This document shows positions 46,006 to 56,200 of a stretch of 64,000 nt of DNA, one piece after another; within the stretch, counting starts at the first letter, position 1; every line of letters starts with the position of its first letter. The DNA lies in NCBI GenBank assembly GCA_964588165.1, contig CAZPMS010000004.1, positions 32,019 through 96,018 on the forward strand. Direction: 5' to 3'. Below the pieces are notes generated by a model. That model made no database searches. It was given only the letters and a program-made list of their open reading frames with translations, and was not told where the DNA came from. The position numbers were made by a program, and so were the translations under genes. Origin of the DNA: an uncultured Gammaproteobacteria bacterium. Its GTDB lineage: Bacteria; Patescibacteriota; Patescibacteriia; UBA1558; UBA10009.

Positions 46006-47262
46006 TTAATCGCTAAATTCAAGCTGATTGTTTTTTATTATTATTTCCCGCCACCTAAACTGCCGATTAACAACATCGCCGTAAGCTAAAGACAATAATT
46101 TATTTTTTTTGCCTTCAGGAAGCAAATTTGCCAAGGTCATAACAAACACAGCTGATCTATCTGGGGCAATCTTTAATCTATCTAATAAAATATACTGCAG
46201 CCATAAACTTATTAAAGGAGAGCCAGGATTTGAAAAATCAAGATTTTTAGAAATCTGCTTATTAAACCGGCTATCTATATATTCTTTAATGCCTTCATTT
46301 AACTTATCAGCTGACTTTAAAAATTTCTCTAAATTTTCCTTTTCTGCCAAAACATCCAAACCAGCCAAAACTCCTGTTTCGTTCCCCTCTAAAATAAAGC
46401 TTTGGATATTCTTAATTAAATTTTCCAAATTATCTTCACTTAAATTCTCCGAAGTAGCTAAATAATCCTCCGTTAATATACTTTCTTTTATTTGTTTGTA
46501 TAAAGCCACCAGCTCATCTTTACTACTTTCTTTAGCGCCAATCTTAGACGCCTGGGCTTCCCAAAAATCTGCTGTTTTTCTAATTTCTAGCTTATGGGTA
46601 AAAAATCTTAATATATCATAAACTTCCAAAAGAATAGTTAAAACATTTTTTTCTACTTCGCTTAAATCTTTTACCAATTGGCTACTATTTAAATAATTTA
46701 ACCTGTCTAAGGAAGTTCTAGACTCTTCAATTTTGGCACTAATATCATAATCTTTAAGCCAATTTTTTAAACTGGGATCTTGCTGGCTATTTTGTCCGGC
46801 AAATTTTAGTTTTTTATCGCCTATTAACTCCTGATTTTGTTTAAGATTTTCTAATAATACTTCTTTTTTATTGCCATCTAAATCATAAATAGGGTCTAAG
46901 CTGGCATATAAATTTTCTTTAAAATCCCAAGTTAATTCGTCTTTAACTTTTAATCGGTTAGCTGCAACTACCAAATTCTTCATAAAACTGGCTGCCTCTT
47001 CTTTAGATAAATTCATAAAACATCTTAACCTAAAAAAACCAATAATACTTAAATAGTCATAATATGTTTCCTTATTTTCAGCTTGCTTAAATTCTGCTAT
47101 GCCATCCACTTTAGCTTCCAATAATTTAGCAACTAGATAGCAATCCACCACTTCTAAATCAGAATTAGTTGTTTGACTTAAAAGCTCTTGCTGATTTTTT
47201 TGATCAGCAAAATCAGAAAAAGTATACTTATTAATTTTTTCGGTTATTTGCTCTCTGGTCAT
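46006..47262 (-). CDS. Hypothetical protein downstream of the VirB6-like gene
   Basis: 418-aa ORF, PSLKNWLKDY motif; operonic. Confidence 0.7.
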   Translation of the reverse strand: MTREQITEKINKYTFSDFADQKNQQELLSQTTNSDLEVVDCYLVAKLLEAKVDGIAEFKQAENKETYYDYLSIIGFFRLRCFMNLSKEEAASFMKNLVVAANRLKVKDELTWDFKENLYASLDPIYDLDGNKKEVLLENLKQNQELIGDKKLKFAGQNSQQDPSLKNWLKDYDISAKIEESRTSLDRLNYLNSSQLVKDLSEVEKNVLTILLEVYDILRFFTHKLEIRKTADFWEAQASKIGAKESSKDELVALYKQIKESILTEDYLATSENLSEDNLENLIKNIQSFILEGNETGVLAGLDVLAEKENLEKFLKSADKLNEGIKEYIDSRFNKQISKNLDFSNPGSPLISLWLQYILLDRLKIAPDRSAVFVMTLANLLPEGKKNKLLSLAYGDVVNRQFRWREIIIKNNQLEFSD

Positions 47263-47289
47263 AATAAAATTTAACTAATTTTATTTGGC

Positions 47290-50211
47290 TTATTTTGCTT
47301 TATCCTTTTTTAATTTATTAAAAAATTCCTTTAATTCCTCTTGAGTTTTGCCTCTAATATCAGTAATTTCAAAATCTCCACCCATTTTAAAGTTTTCTAT
47401 ATATAAATCCGTACCTTTAACTTTAACATCTATTTGGCCCTTGCCATTAAATGTGTTCATATCATTCCTATAACCTTCCTGATTCCTTAAGCTGTCATAG
47501 TTATCTACGGCCTCTTCGTACTTAAGGCCAGTTTGTTTTAAAATAGTAGCCAAGTGCCCTTCTGGGCCATTGAGTTCTTTCCTCCGCCATTCATGCTTTT
47601 TTTCTGAATCATTATCATAACCCTTAGACCTTAAAGATTTTAGGCCCAATTCCCTAATAATATTTAATAGGGTGATAAACTCTTCCTTTTGGCTGCCTTT
47701 TAATTTTTCTTCGGCAATTTTTCTCCATAGAACATAGTTTTGGTCTTTAGAAAAATTTTCCAAATGGCTTTCGGTTACCCTGCCTCTAGCCAAGGAATAA
47801 ATTATCTGGGAAGCGGAATTTAAAGACCGTTCCACCCAGGCCGTTTGGACCAAAGAATCCCTATCACCGGTAATATTATATTCTTCCGGGGTGCCAACCG
47901 GAATCTCTTCATAGCCCACTAAACGATTGGCGTTTTGTAAAAGTTTATCATAAGCAATTTTGCCGGTTTCATAAGCAATTTCCAATTGCCTTTCTTCTGG
48001 GCCATAAAAACTTAGGTTGCCATCTGGGCCTGCCGAAGTTAAACGGGCATCCTGCCAATGTAAAATCTTTTCAGCTGCATAGCCAACATCAGTACCCAAT
48101 AAAAGCGACTGGTTCATAGACATGCCCACACCTTTGGCATCATCTATTTTGCCATACTTACTGCTATATAATCTGTTATATTCTGCCCTCTCTTTACGTG
48201 TCATGCCTTTTTTTCCTACCAGTTCTCTCATAATAAACTGCTTCATGCCTTCGCCGCTGGAACTGTAATTAAAAGAGTTTAAAACTTCATTGGCATTACC
48301 GTCAGAAGTGGCCTTAAGTAAAACCGCCCCGGCTTTATCAAAATCCTTCCTGGCAATAGCATCTTCTAAATCTACAACTAATTCTTTCCATTCAGTAGAA
48401 GTTACATTTTTAAGCTCATCAAGATAACCGCCCCTTAAACGTTTTTTCATATCATAATTAACCGGGCCTCTTATATCCCTTAATTTACTGTCTACGCCGG
48501 CTCTTTCTTCTGATAATTTACCAATGGCTACTCCCAAGTTATTTAAATTGCGGCCTATGGCAACAGTTTCAACCACTTCGCCCTCGTCATCTTCAATTTT
48601 TACTCCCCCTTTTAACAATGATTCATCGCTGGCATCCAGTTTTAAGCCGATTAAATTATTATTCTTTTTATTTTCTAATTCGTTATAGGTTGCCAGATTG
48701 GGAGCGTCTAAATTTTCAACTCCATGAAGTTTTAGCTCTCTATATTTTTCCAATTCATCTTTGCCTAAACTCATTTCCGCTCTTTTATCAATATCATCCA
48801 GCCTGTATAACTGCTCCGAAATGGTATTATACCTTTGTTGTCTTTTTTTAATTTTTCTTCCGGCCAAGCCTTCTTTGGATGTTCTTTTAAAAATTCCCCA
48901 GTTCCATCTATCACTAAAAAAATGGTCTGGCGTGCCTAAAGCGCCAATCATGCCTCCGCGTTTAGTAGATCTGGCCAACATAGCATCTCGGCGCCTTTTT
49001 CTCCTGACTTCTTTACCTCTGGTCCAGCCATCTTTCCAATCTTGGGCCTTTAGAGGTATGCCAATGGCTGTTTCTACTTTATCCTTAACATAGCCTGCCC
49101 CTTCTTTAGCTAGGGTGCCGGCACCCCTTAAAGGAGCAGTAACTTTTCTGGCTGCCTTGCTGCCCCAATCAGAAAGCTTGCCTGATACTTTGCCGGCAAA
49201 CTTACCGGCAAATCCTCCGGCCTGCTGCGAATACTGCAAAGCTATTAGCATTAAGGCAGTGGCCACAATAAAGCTATAAAAACGTTCCCACTGGCTAATG
49301 GCGGTAGCACCGCCTTGAGACTGGCCGGCCGCCTCGGAACCTAGTTCAGAGCCGCCAAAACCGGCTGCTAAAATAGATAAAGCCAGCCACAAAAAGAAGG
49401 CTAAAATAATTCCAGTTGTTAACTGCTGCCAAAATTTAGTCCATAGTTCACTGGCATATTTTGTGGTAGAAGCAAAAGCAGAAAGTAAAAAAGCCAGAGG
49501 CGATAAAATAACCAAAACCCATAAAGAAATAATACGGTATAACAGCACGCTCACATAAGCCAACATTACTCCTATGGCAATTACCAATAAAATTATACCC
49601 AATAAAAGTGAAGCAAAAATTTCCCAGTTATTTATTGTGTCGCCGCCCGCCGGATCTGGCGCATTTATATGCAATATTTCCGTTAAGCCAAAAGCGTTAA
49701 CTAAATTATTGGCAGCTGCATCCCTAAAAGCATTTACAAAAGTTAACATTATTACCTGGCCAAAATCTATAAAGAATCCCATTATGGTCTTGGAAAAATT
49801 TATTAAAATGGCCATCAAAATAAGTTTAAAAAGGGTGTTCTTATAATGGTAATTGGAAATTTTTAAAATTGTAGAAAAAGCAATCACCAGCAAAAAAACC
49901 ACAAAAAACATATTGGAAACATCTCTAACCAAAGGCCAGCCAATGGTAACTGCATTAGAATCTAAAAAATTATTATAACTGACTATTTTAACCAGTAAAT
50001 TAATTAGGGGCAATAAAATATAAGCGCCTAAAAAATTAATAATGGCCAAAAAAAGATTTGCAAAGAAAGCCAGAATACCAACACCAAAATCTTCACCAAA
50101 ATCTGAGCCCTCCAATTTCTGTGCCAAAGCTATGGTTGGCAATAAAAAAATTGTGGTTAAAACAACCAGTTTTATTTTATGCTTTTTAATTTTTAGAAAA
50201 ATAATTTTCAT
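47290..50211 (-). CDS. VirB6/TrbL-like polytopic membrane protein with long cytoplasmic tail
   Basis: GWPLVRDVSNMFF, LILMAILINFS, RIISLWVLVILSPLAF, multiple TMs. Confidence 0.75.
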   Translation of the reverse strand: MKIIFLKIKKHKIKLVVLTTIFLLPTIALAQKLEGSDFGEDFGVGILAFFANLFLAIINFLGAYILLPLINLLVKIVSYNNFLDSNAVTIGWPLVRDVSNMFFVVFLLVIAFSTILKISNYHYKNTLFKLILMAILINFSKTIMGFFIDFGQVIMLTFVNAFRDAAANNLVNAFGLTEILHINAPDPAGGDTINNWEIFASLLLGIILLVIAIGVMLAYVSVLLYRIISLWVLVILSPLAFLLSAFASTTKYASELWTKFWQQLTTGIILAFFLWLALSILAAGFGGSELGSEAAGQSQGGATAISQWERFYSFIVATALMLIALQYSQQAGGFAGKFAGKVSGKLSDWGSKAARKVTAPLRGAGTLAKEGAGYVKDKVETAIGIPLKAQDWKDGWTRGKEVRRKRRRDAMLARSTKRGGMIGALGTPDHFFSDRWNWGIFKRTSKEGLAGRKIKKRQQRYNTISEQLYRLDDIDKRAEMSLGKDELEKYRELKLHGVENLDAPNLATYNELENKKNNNLIGLKLDASDESLLKGGVKIEDDEGEVVETVAIGRNLNNLGVAIGKLSEERAGVDSKLRDIRGPVNYDMKKRLRGGYLDELKNVTSTEWKELVVDLEDAIARKDFDKAGAVLLKATSDGNANEVLNSFNYSSSGEGMKQFIMRELVGKKGMTRKERAEYNRLYSSKYGKIDDAKGVGMSMNQSLLLGTDVGYAAEKILHWQDARLTSAGPDGNLSFYGPEERQLEIAYETGKIAYDKLLQNANRLVGYEEIPVGTPEEYNITGDRDSLVQTAWVERSLNSASQIIYSLARGRVTESHLENFSKDQNYVLWRKIAEEKLKGSQKEEFITLLNIIRELGLKSLRSKGYDNDSEKKHEWRRKELNGPEGHLATILKQTGLKYEEAVDNYDSLRNQEGYRNDMNTFNGKGQIDVKVKGTDLYIENFKMGGDFEITDIRGKTQEELKEFFNKLKKDKAK

Positions 50212-50214
50212 TTT

Positions 50215-53200
50215 TTAATCTTTTGGCCTTATTCTAATTTCTTCTCCAGTAGAAATTAGATTGCTGGTAACGCAATTATCATGGTCGCCGCTGGCACACC
50301 AGCCCCAATGGTCTACTAAATTAACGGCCGGGGCATCAAACACGCAATCATCGCCCACCAAGCTGCCGCCCGGGCATTCAATACACCTATCACCTTTGGT
50401 ATTGGTAATACAAGTGTAATAATTATAAAAGCTGTGGTTGCCTTGAATAAACGGCCCATACTCTAAATCTCCTATGCCCCCGGTTTCATCACCCCATTCA
50501 ATATAAATCTGCTCAATCGGCATCTGATCCGGATCTACTGAACTGGTAAAATTAAGATAAACCAAGCCGCCCGGTGCTTTAAGATCGCTGGCACCATCAA
50601 CCCGCAGATCAGTAATAGCCGGAGGGGTAGATATGTCTGGATCATCAGAAATATCCATTTGATCTAAGCTGGCAATACCACAATCTTCTGTACCATCTGG
50701 CCACGGATTACATAATTCATAACTACTGCCATCCCATTGCCAGACCCCATATATTTTAGCAAATAAATTTTGGATTCTTTCTAAAGCATCCTGTTGGCCA
50801 GGATTACCCCTAGAACCACTATAAATAGGCATTTGTAATTCGCCTAAAACAAAGTTTGGATCTTCTTCATTTTCATTACCAAGTCCTCGGCAAGTTCCAT
50901 AAGCTTCTTCTACGCAATCATTATTAGTGCTACAAGGTTGGCCATTGGTTAAATTGTTAAAGGAGTTATAACAAAATTTTCCAATACCGGAACAAATGCC
51001 AGCTTCAATATTAGTAGAGCAATCATTAATTAAATCTTCGCCATCGCCAATATCTGATTCCAAACATTCATTACCCAAGGCCGGACCGCTTATACAGGTT
51101 CTGCCGGCAGTGGCCGCAGGTATAGTCATAGTATCTTGGGTAGAAATTGGGAAGCCAGCATAATATTTATTATAACTGCCACCCTGGAAAACCGATAAAG
51201 GTAAAATACTAGGATTCCAACTATTTGGCAGTTCGTTTTCCGGCTGGACAAAACTGCCGTAAGGGCTGGAATTAAGTACGCTGGCTGGCATATTTTTAGT
51301 TAGGCCCAATTCATTGCCGCTACCATAAGACCAACCATAATTAAATCTATCTAACCAAGCTTTTTCTTCACCTTCTTCGTTAACTACTTGGACAATTTCA
51401 GTACAAACATCCTTAAGATAAAAAATTAATCTAAACCCCCAATCATCATCTTGATTATCACCATCGGCAGCCCCATAGGCTACTGTTTCAATATTGCCAA
51501 AATCGTCAAAATTAACCCTCACTCTAGTTCCGCCGCTAGGCCCTTCTTCACCATAACTACCCTCTTGTCTACCCCAGCCATCACCCATACACTTCCAATT
51601 AAAATAATAATAATTACCAACTGGTTCGTATAGTAGTGAATAAATAGTTTCAAATTGTGGATAACACTCTTCACTATCATCAAAAGTTGTTAAAACATTA
51701 ATAGCTTGAATTTCACTATAATTCAGGGACCACAACTCTTCGGGCGATGAATCGCTAAAAAATATTGAATGCGAGGGCACTGAAACAACTATATCAGAGA
51801 ATCTATCATGCCAAGCCATCTTTATGTTAGTAGCCCACTTATAACCACAGTAGCCATTTTCACCAACATCGCTTGGTATTTCCTGACAAACATCACTATA
51901 ATTATCACTATAATTAGCTCTGCCTTGACTTTGTAAACAATAATATAAAGGTCTTCTATCCTGATAGCCAATATCAGCAATATTAAAAATGCTGGACATA
52001 TCACCGGATAAGCTATCTACCGGGTACCACTGCAAACAGTTTTGCCAGTTATCTGGGCTGGAAACATTATTTTGATAATAAGGATCGGGTTCCAAGCAAT
52101 AACCGTTCCAGCCATTAAATAATTGATTAGTTTGGTAAGAACAACTTGGTGAATCTTCACGAGGGAATAACCGGCAATCTTTACCCACCAAAGTAGATTC
52201 ATTAACTTCCAAAACAGGCTCCAGTAAAATATTATCGTACCAAATAGTGCCTTTAAATGGATAAGTATCATTTTCCAAATTCCTTAAATCTATCCTTACA
52301 TATTTGGCATCTGGCGGAATTTCTTTAAAACTATGGCTTTCGCCTTCCGGGCCAAAAGTTATAATGCCTTTTTGCCAATCACTGGCTGAAGTTGGATGGC
52401 TAGGGCTTGTAGAACATTTATTGCTGGTTGGGTTGCAGTAAATGCCTCTAACATTACTGCCGCCTGAACTAATTCCACAATAACCAGGGCTGCCTGCTGA
52501 CACGCCATCTTTGCATTGGTTAAAATTACCATCAAACCAAGTTAAACCGGCTGCGCCCCTAATTTGGCTGTTAGAAGAAAGGCTATAATGGATCAAGGAA
52601 TAATATGAATCAGGATCAATAAAATAAAAACCATTATCATTGCCGCCACGGGAACTGAATGGGCAGATTGTTTGATCATTATCCGGATCTTCTTCTCTTA
52701 GGGTTATGGATAAGCTATATTGGCCAGCTAAAACCTTATTGGTATCTAAACTGTAAGAACAATAATCGCGAGTGGTATAGAACCCATTTATCCCTTCAGA
52801 ATCTGCCCAGTTGGCCAGCCAATTTTTAATATTTGGAGAACTATCTAAATCACCGCTGAAATTTTCAAAACTGCCGTTATCTACTTTAACTTTATGGCCC
52901 ACCTGCTGCATATTTTCCGGTGAATAATAACCTTCTATAACATTTCCATCGCCCCAATCCAAGCCTACATGGCTATAACCGGATAAATATCTGGTTTTAT
53001 CTACTTCGGTACCAAAATCAAATGTCTGCACTTCTGGAGCGCTAGTTGGCGGCACTAAATCTGCACACTCGGATGAATTTTCAGGGTTCAAGCCTTTACA
53101 TCTAACCAAATCCAGGCAGGAATATTCACCTTCGGATACTTGAATGGCTCCACCGCACTGCAGCCATTCGGAACACTCTCTATCTTTAACTACACTATAA

Positions 53201-56200
53201 TACTTGTTTGAATCGCAATAGCTGTTGCTGGTAAATGGAGCTTCTGTATCGCAATTTGCCGGGGTATTGCCGTCTGCCGTGGCCTGGCTGCTCCAGTCTA
53301 AACTATTATTACTGGTATCATTAAATAATAAGCAACCAGCTTCTCTGTCTACTACACCATCTTTGCAGGCTTCGCCAACTTCTAATGTATTATTTAAATA
53401 ATAATAAGGTTCACAAACTGAATTATAAATACAATATTCATCACCCTCTTGTACGCTACATGCCCTTACGGCATCAGCATCCGGATGCGTACTACACCTA
53501 TTATCACCGCTTGGGCCAATACAACAATCTTCACCGTCAGGACCTACTGCCGGATCTCCAATATCACAATACCAATCATAGGCTGAATAGTAGATATCTT
53601 CGCCCGGAGCGGCTTGAGTACAGCCTAAGGTATTAAAATCATTGCCTTCTTCCCGGCAAACTTTATGCTGAATGCCATTTATTTCTACTCGGCAATAACT
53701 ATTGGAAATATCCTCACAAATTCCGGTTAAGTTAGATGAAATTGATGAATCACATATTTCTGCACTCTCAAACATAGGTTGTTCCGGGTCTAAATACTCT
53801 GTACAAGTTGATTCTGAAGCAGGGCAAACGCCAACCCAGCCTTCATAATTATACTGCCCCTCTATTGGTAAAAATTTATCATCGTAGCATGGCTCATCAG
53901 TACCTGTCCTTAACCATCTATTACCGCTAAAGTAGCAGGTTCTGCTTTCTTCTTCGCCACCTGCACCAACAGGATCAAAGTAAGCACTTTGGCCGGTAAG
54001 TTCACCTGTAAAAGAAGTGCAGAACAAGGAACTTTCACTGCATAAAGAACTTCCATAATTATCCGGATTATTAATTAAATTAACGGTACCATAACCATCT
54101 ATAAAATTTTCATCTGTATAATCTTCTAGCTGGCGGTTAAATGAAGGTTTGCCTAAACGCTGGCAACCCTGGTTTGAGCCAGAACATTGTTTATCAGGAT
54201 CATTTACTAAATACAATATTTCATCATTAGGCACTTTGGCTACCTCATAATTACATGAATCTCCACCGCCAACATTACACTTAACTTCTCCCCTAATAAT
54301 ACAATCGCCATCAGCATCTATTTGGCCGACTGTATTATTACAAATACCCTGGCCACCAAAGCCATTATCATATACTTTTTCTGATTGGTAATTTGTTGAA
54401 TTCTGGGTGGTTAAATAAGCTTCACAACCAATAGAAGTAGAAGAACAAATAAAGTCAAAAGATTTTAAGTTATAAATTTGGTTCTGCCTATCTAAATATT
54501 GCTGGCAACCAAGTTGAGCGCCATCGCTTGGCGTATCACAAGAATTTGGAGTTTGCCAAGAATTTTCTATCACATAAAAATTATTTGTATATTCCTTGAG
54601 AGTAATATTATCTACAAAAAATGCTTCATTGCCATCTAGGCCGTTAATAATCAATCTTGTTTGGCCATAAGTTCCTACATCGTCAAGCTCTACCGGCCCT
54701 AAGTTATAAAGCCGCCACTCAGAAGTTAAACCATCCAGCTCAAAATTAAGCAAAGTTGTATCGGTTGGATCTGCCGCTTGTGCCTTTTGTCCAAACAAAG
54801 AAGCTAATTTTTGGAAAGGCGTGCTTAGAGTAACAGGTTCCACCTCAAATAAATCCTCTACATCCGCTTTAGTTCCTCCGGGCACATTTCCTTTTTTAGC
54901 CCAGAAAGATAAAACATATTCTTTGCCTGATGATATCTGATTTATTAAATTATTAATTATAGTATCATTGCTTACAAATCCCCTTAAAGAATGGCCTCCC
55001 TGGTAAACTGATTCATTAGAAACAATAATGCCTAAGCTGCCTTCTTCTGTATTTTCCCAGCCTTCAGAAATTCCGCTTTCAAAATTGCTAAAAATTACAT
55101 TGCGGATATTATTACCGTTATTTCCCCTGTATTCCCGGCAACCATTAAATGTGGCTGAACAACTTATGCCTTCGGCAGGGTCGGCATTATAAATTTCACC
55201 CGTAGCTGTTCTACGGTAAGGCCTGCAATCACCAGAGGCAGTAATTGTCCTATCTTGGAGCCTCCAAAAAATATCACCATCGGTATCAAAAAATTCCCGG
55301 CAATTTGGATCGGTTTCTGCTTCTAAAGCAGTGCAGCTGGCTTGGGTTTCTAAAGTATCCTGGCACTCTTCGGTGCCGATTTCTATATTAGTACAAGGGC
55401 CGATATCAATATTACTGGCCAATAAATTCCATTTCTTTAATTGATAACCGCTGGTATCAGAGCCTTCCCATGTAAAGTAGCTTTGGATATTGGAATTATT
55501 TGGTGAAATACACTGCCTTAAATATGTAAAATATTCTATGCCCTCGCCGCCCTGGGCTACCTCATCTAAATTGGTAAACTGCTCACAGCCGGCATCTTGG
55601 ACCGGGCATTCTTGGGCTGTTTGAGGTATAAAGTTTTGGTAAAACGGATCTACGTCTGGATCTTCTACCTTTTCAAAAAAGGTATTAAGCTGCAAATAGC
55701 TATCGTAGCCAACACACTCCACTGGGCAAACATTATCTTGGGTAACTTTAGCTGATATTTCCGGACCGCCGGTTAAAGGAGTATAGCCTTGGCAGCCGAT
55801 TTCATTAGCTTTACAAAAAGTGGCATAATTTTGGCACAAGGCATCGCCGCTTTGGACACAGAAATTAATATCACTGCGCCAATAATGGCCGTCCGCAAAA
55901 CAATCAGCCTTATTAGCTTCTGAATAATCCAATAAAAGATCATTATAGCCTTCGCAAGCTAAATATTCCGGAGCCACTCTTATAAATTGCCTGGCATAGT
56001 TATCATCCTGGCTGTAATCTTGCTGATAGTTATTCGGATCAAAGTTAAAGTTATCTAAATTATGGGCAACTACCGGTGACCCGGTAACTGCCAACTGGAT
56101 ATTATCGTACCAAACAGTACCTGTTTCGCCAGAACCGTCAGTGGTCCGCGGGCCGTTAATTTTTATAACGGCATATTTGGCATTGGCCGGAATTCCGGTT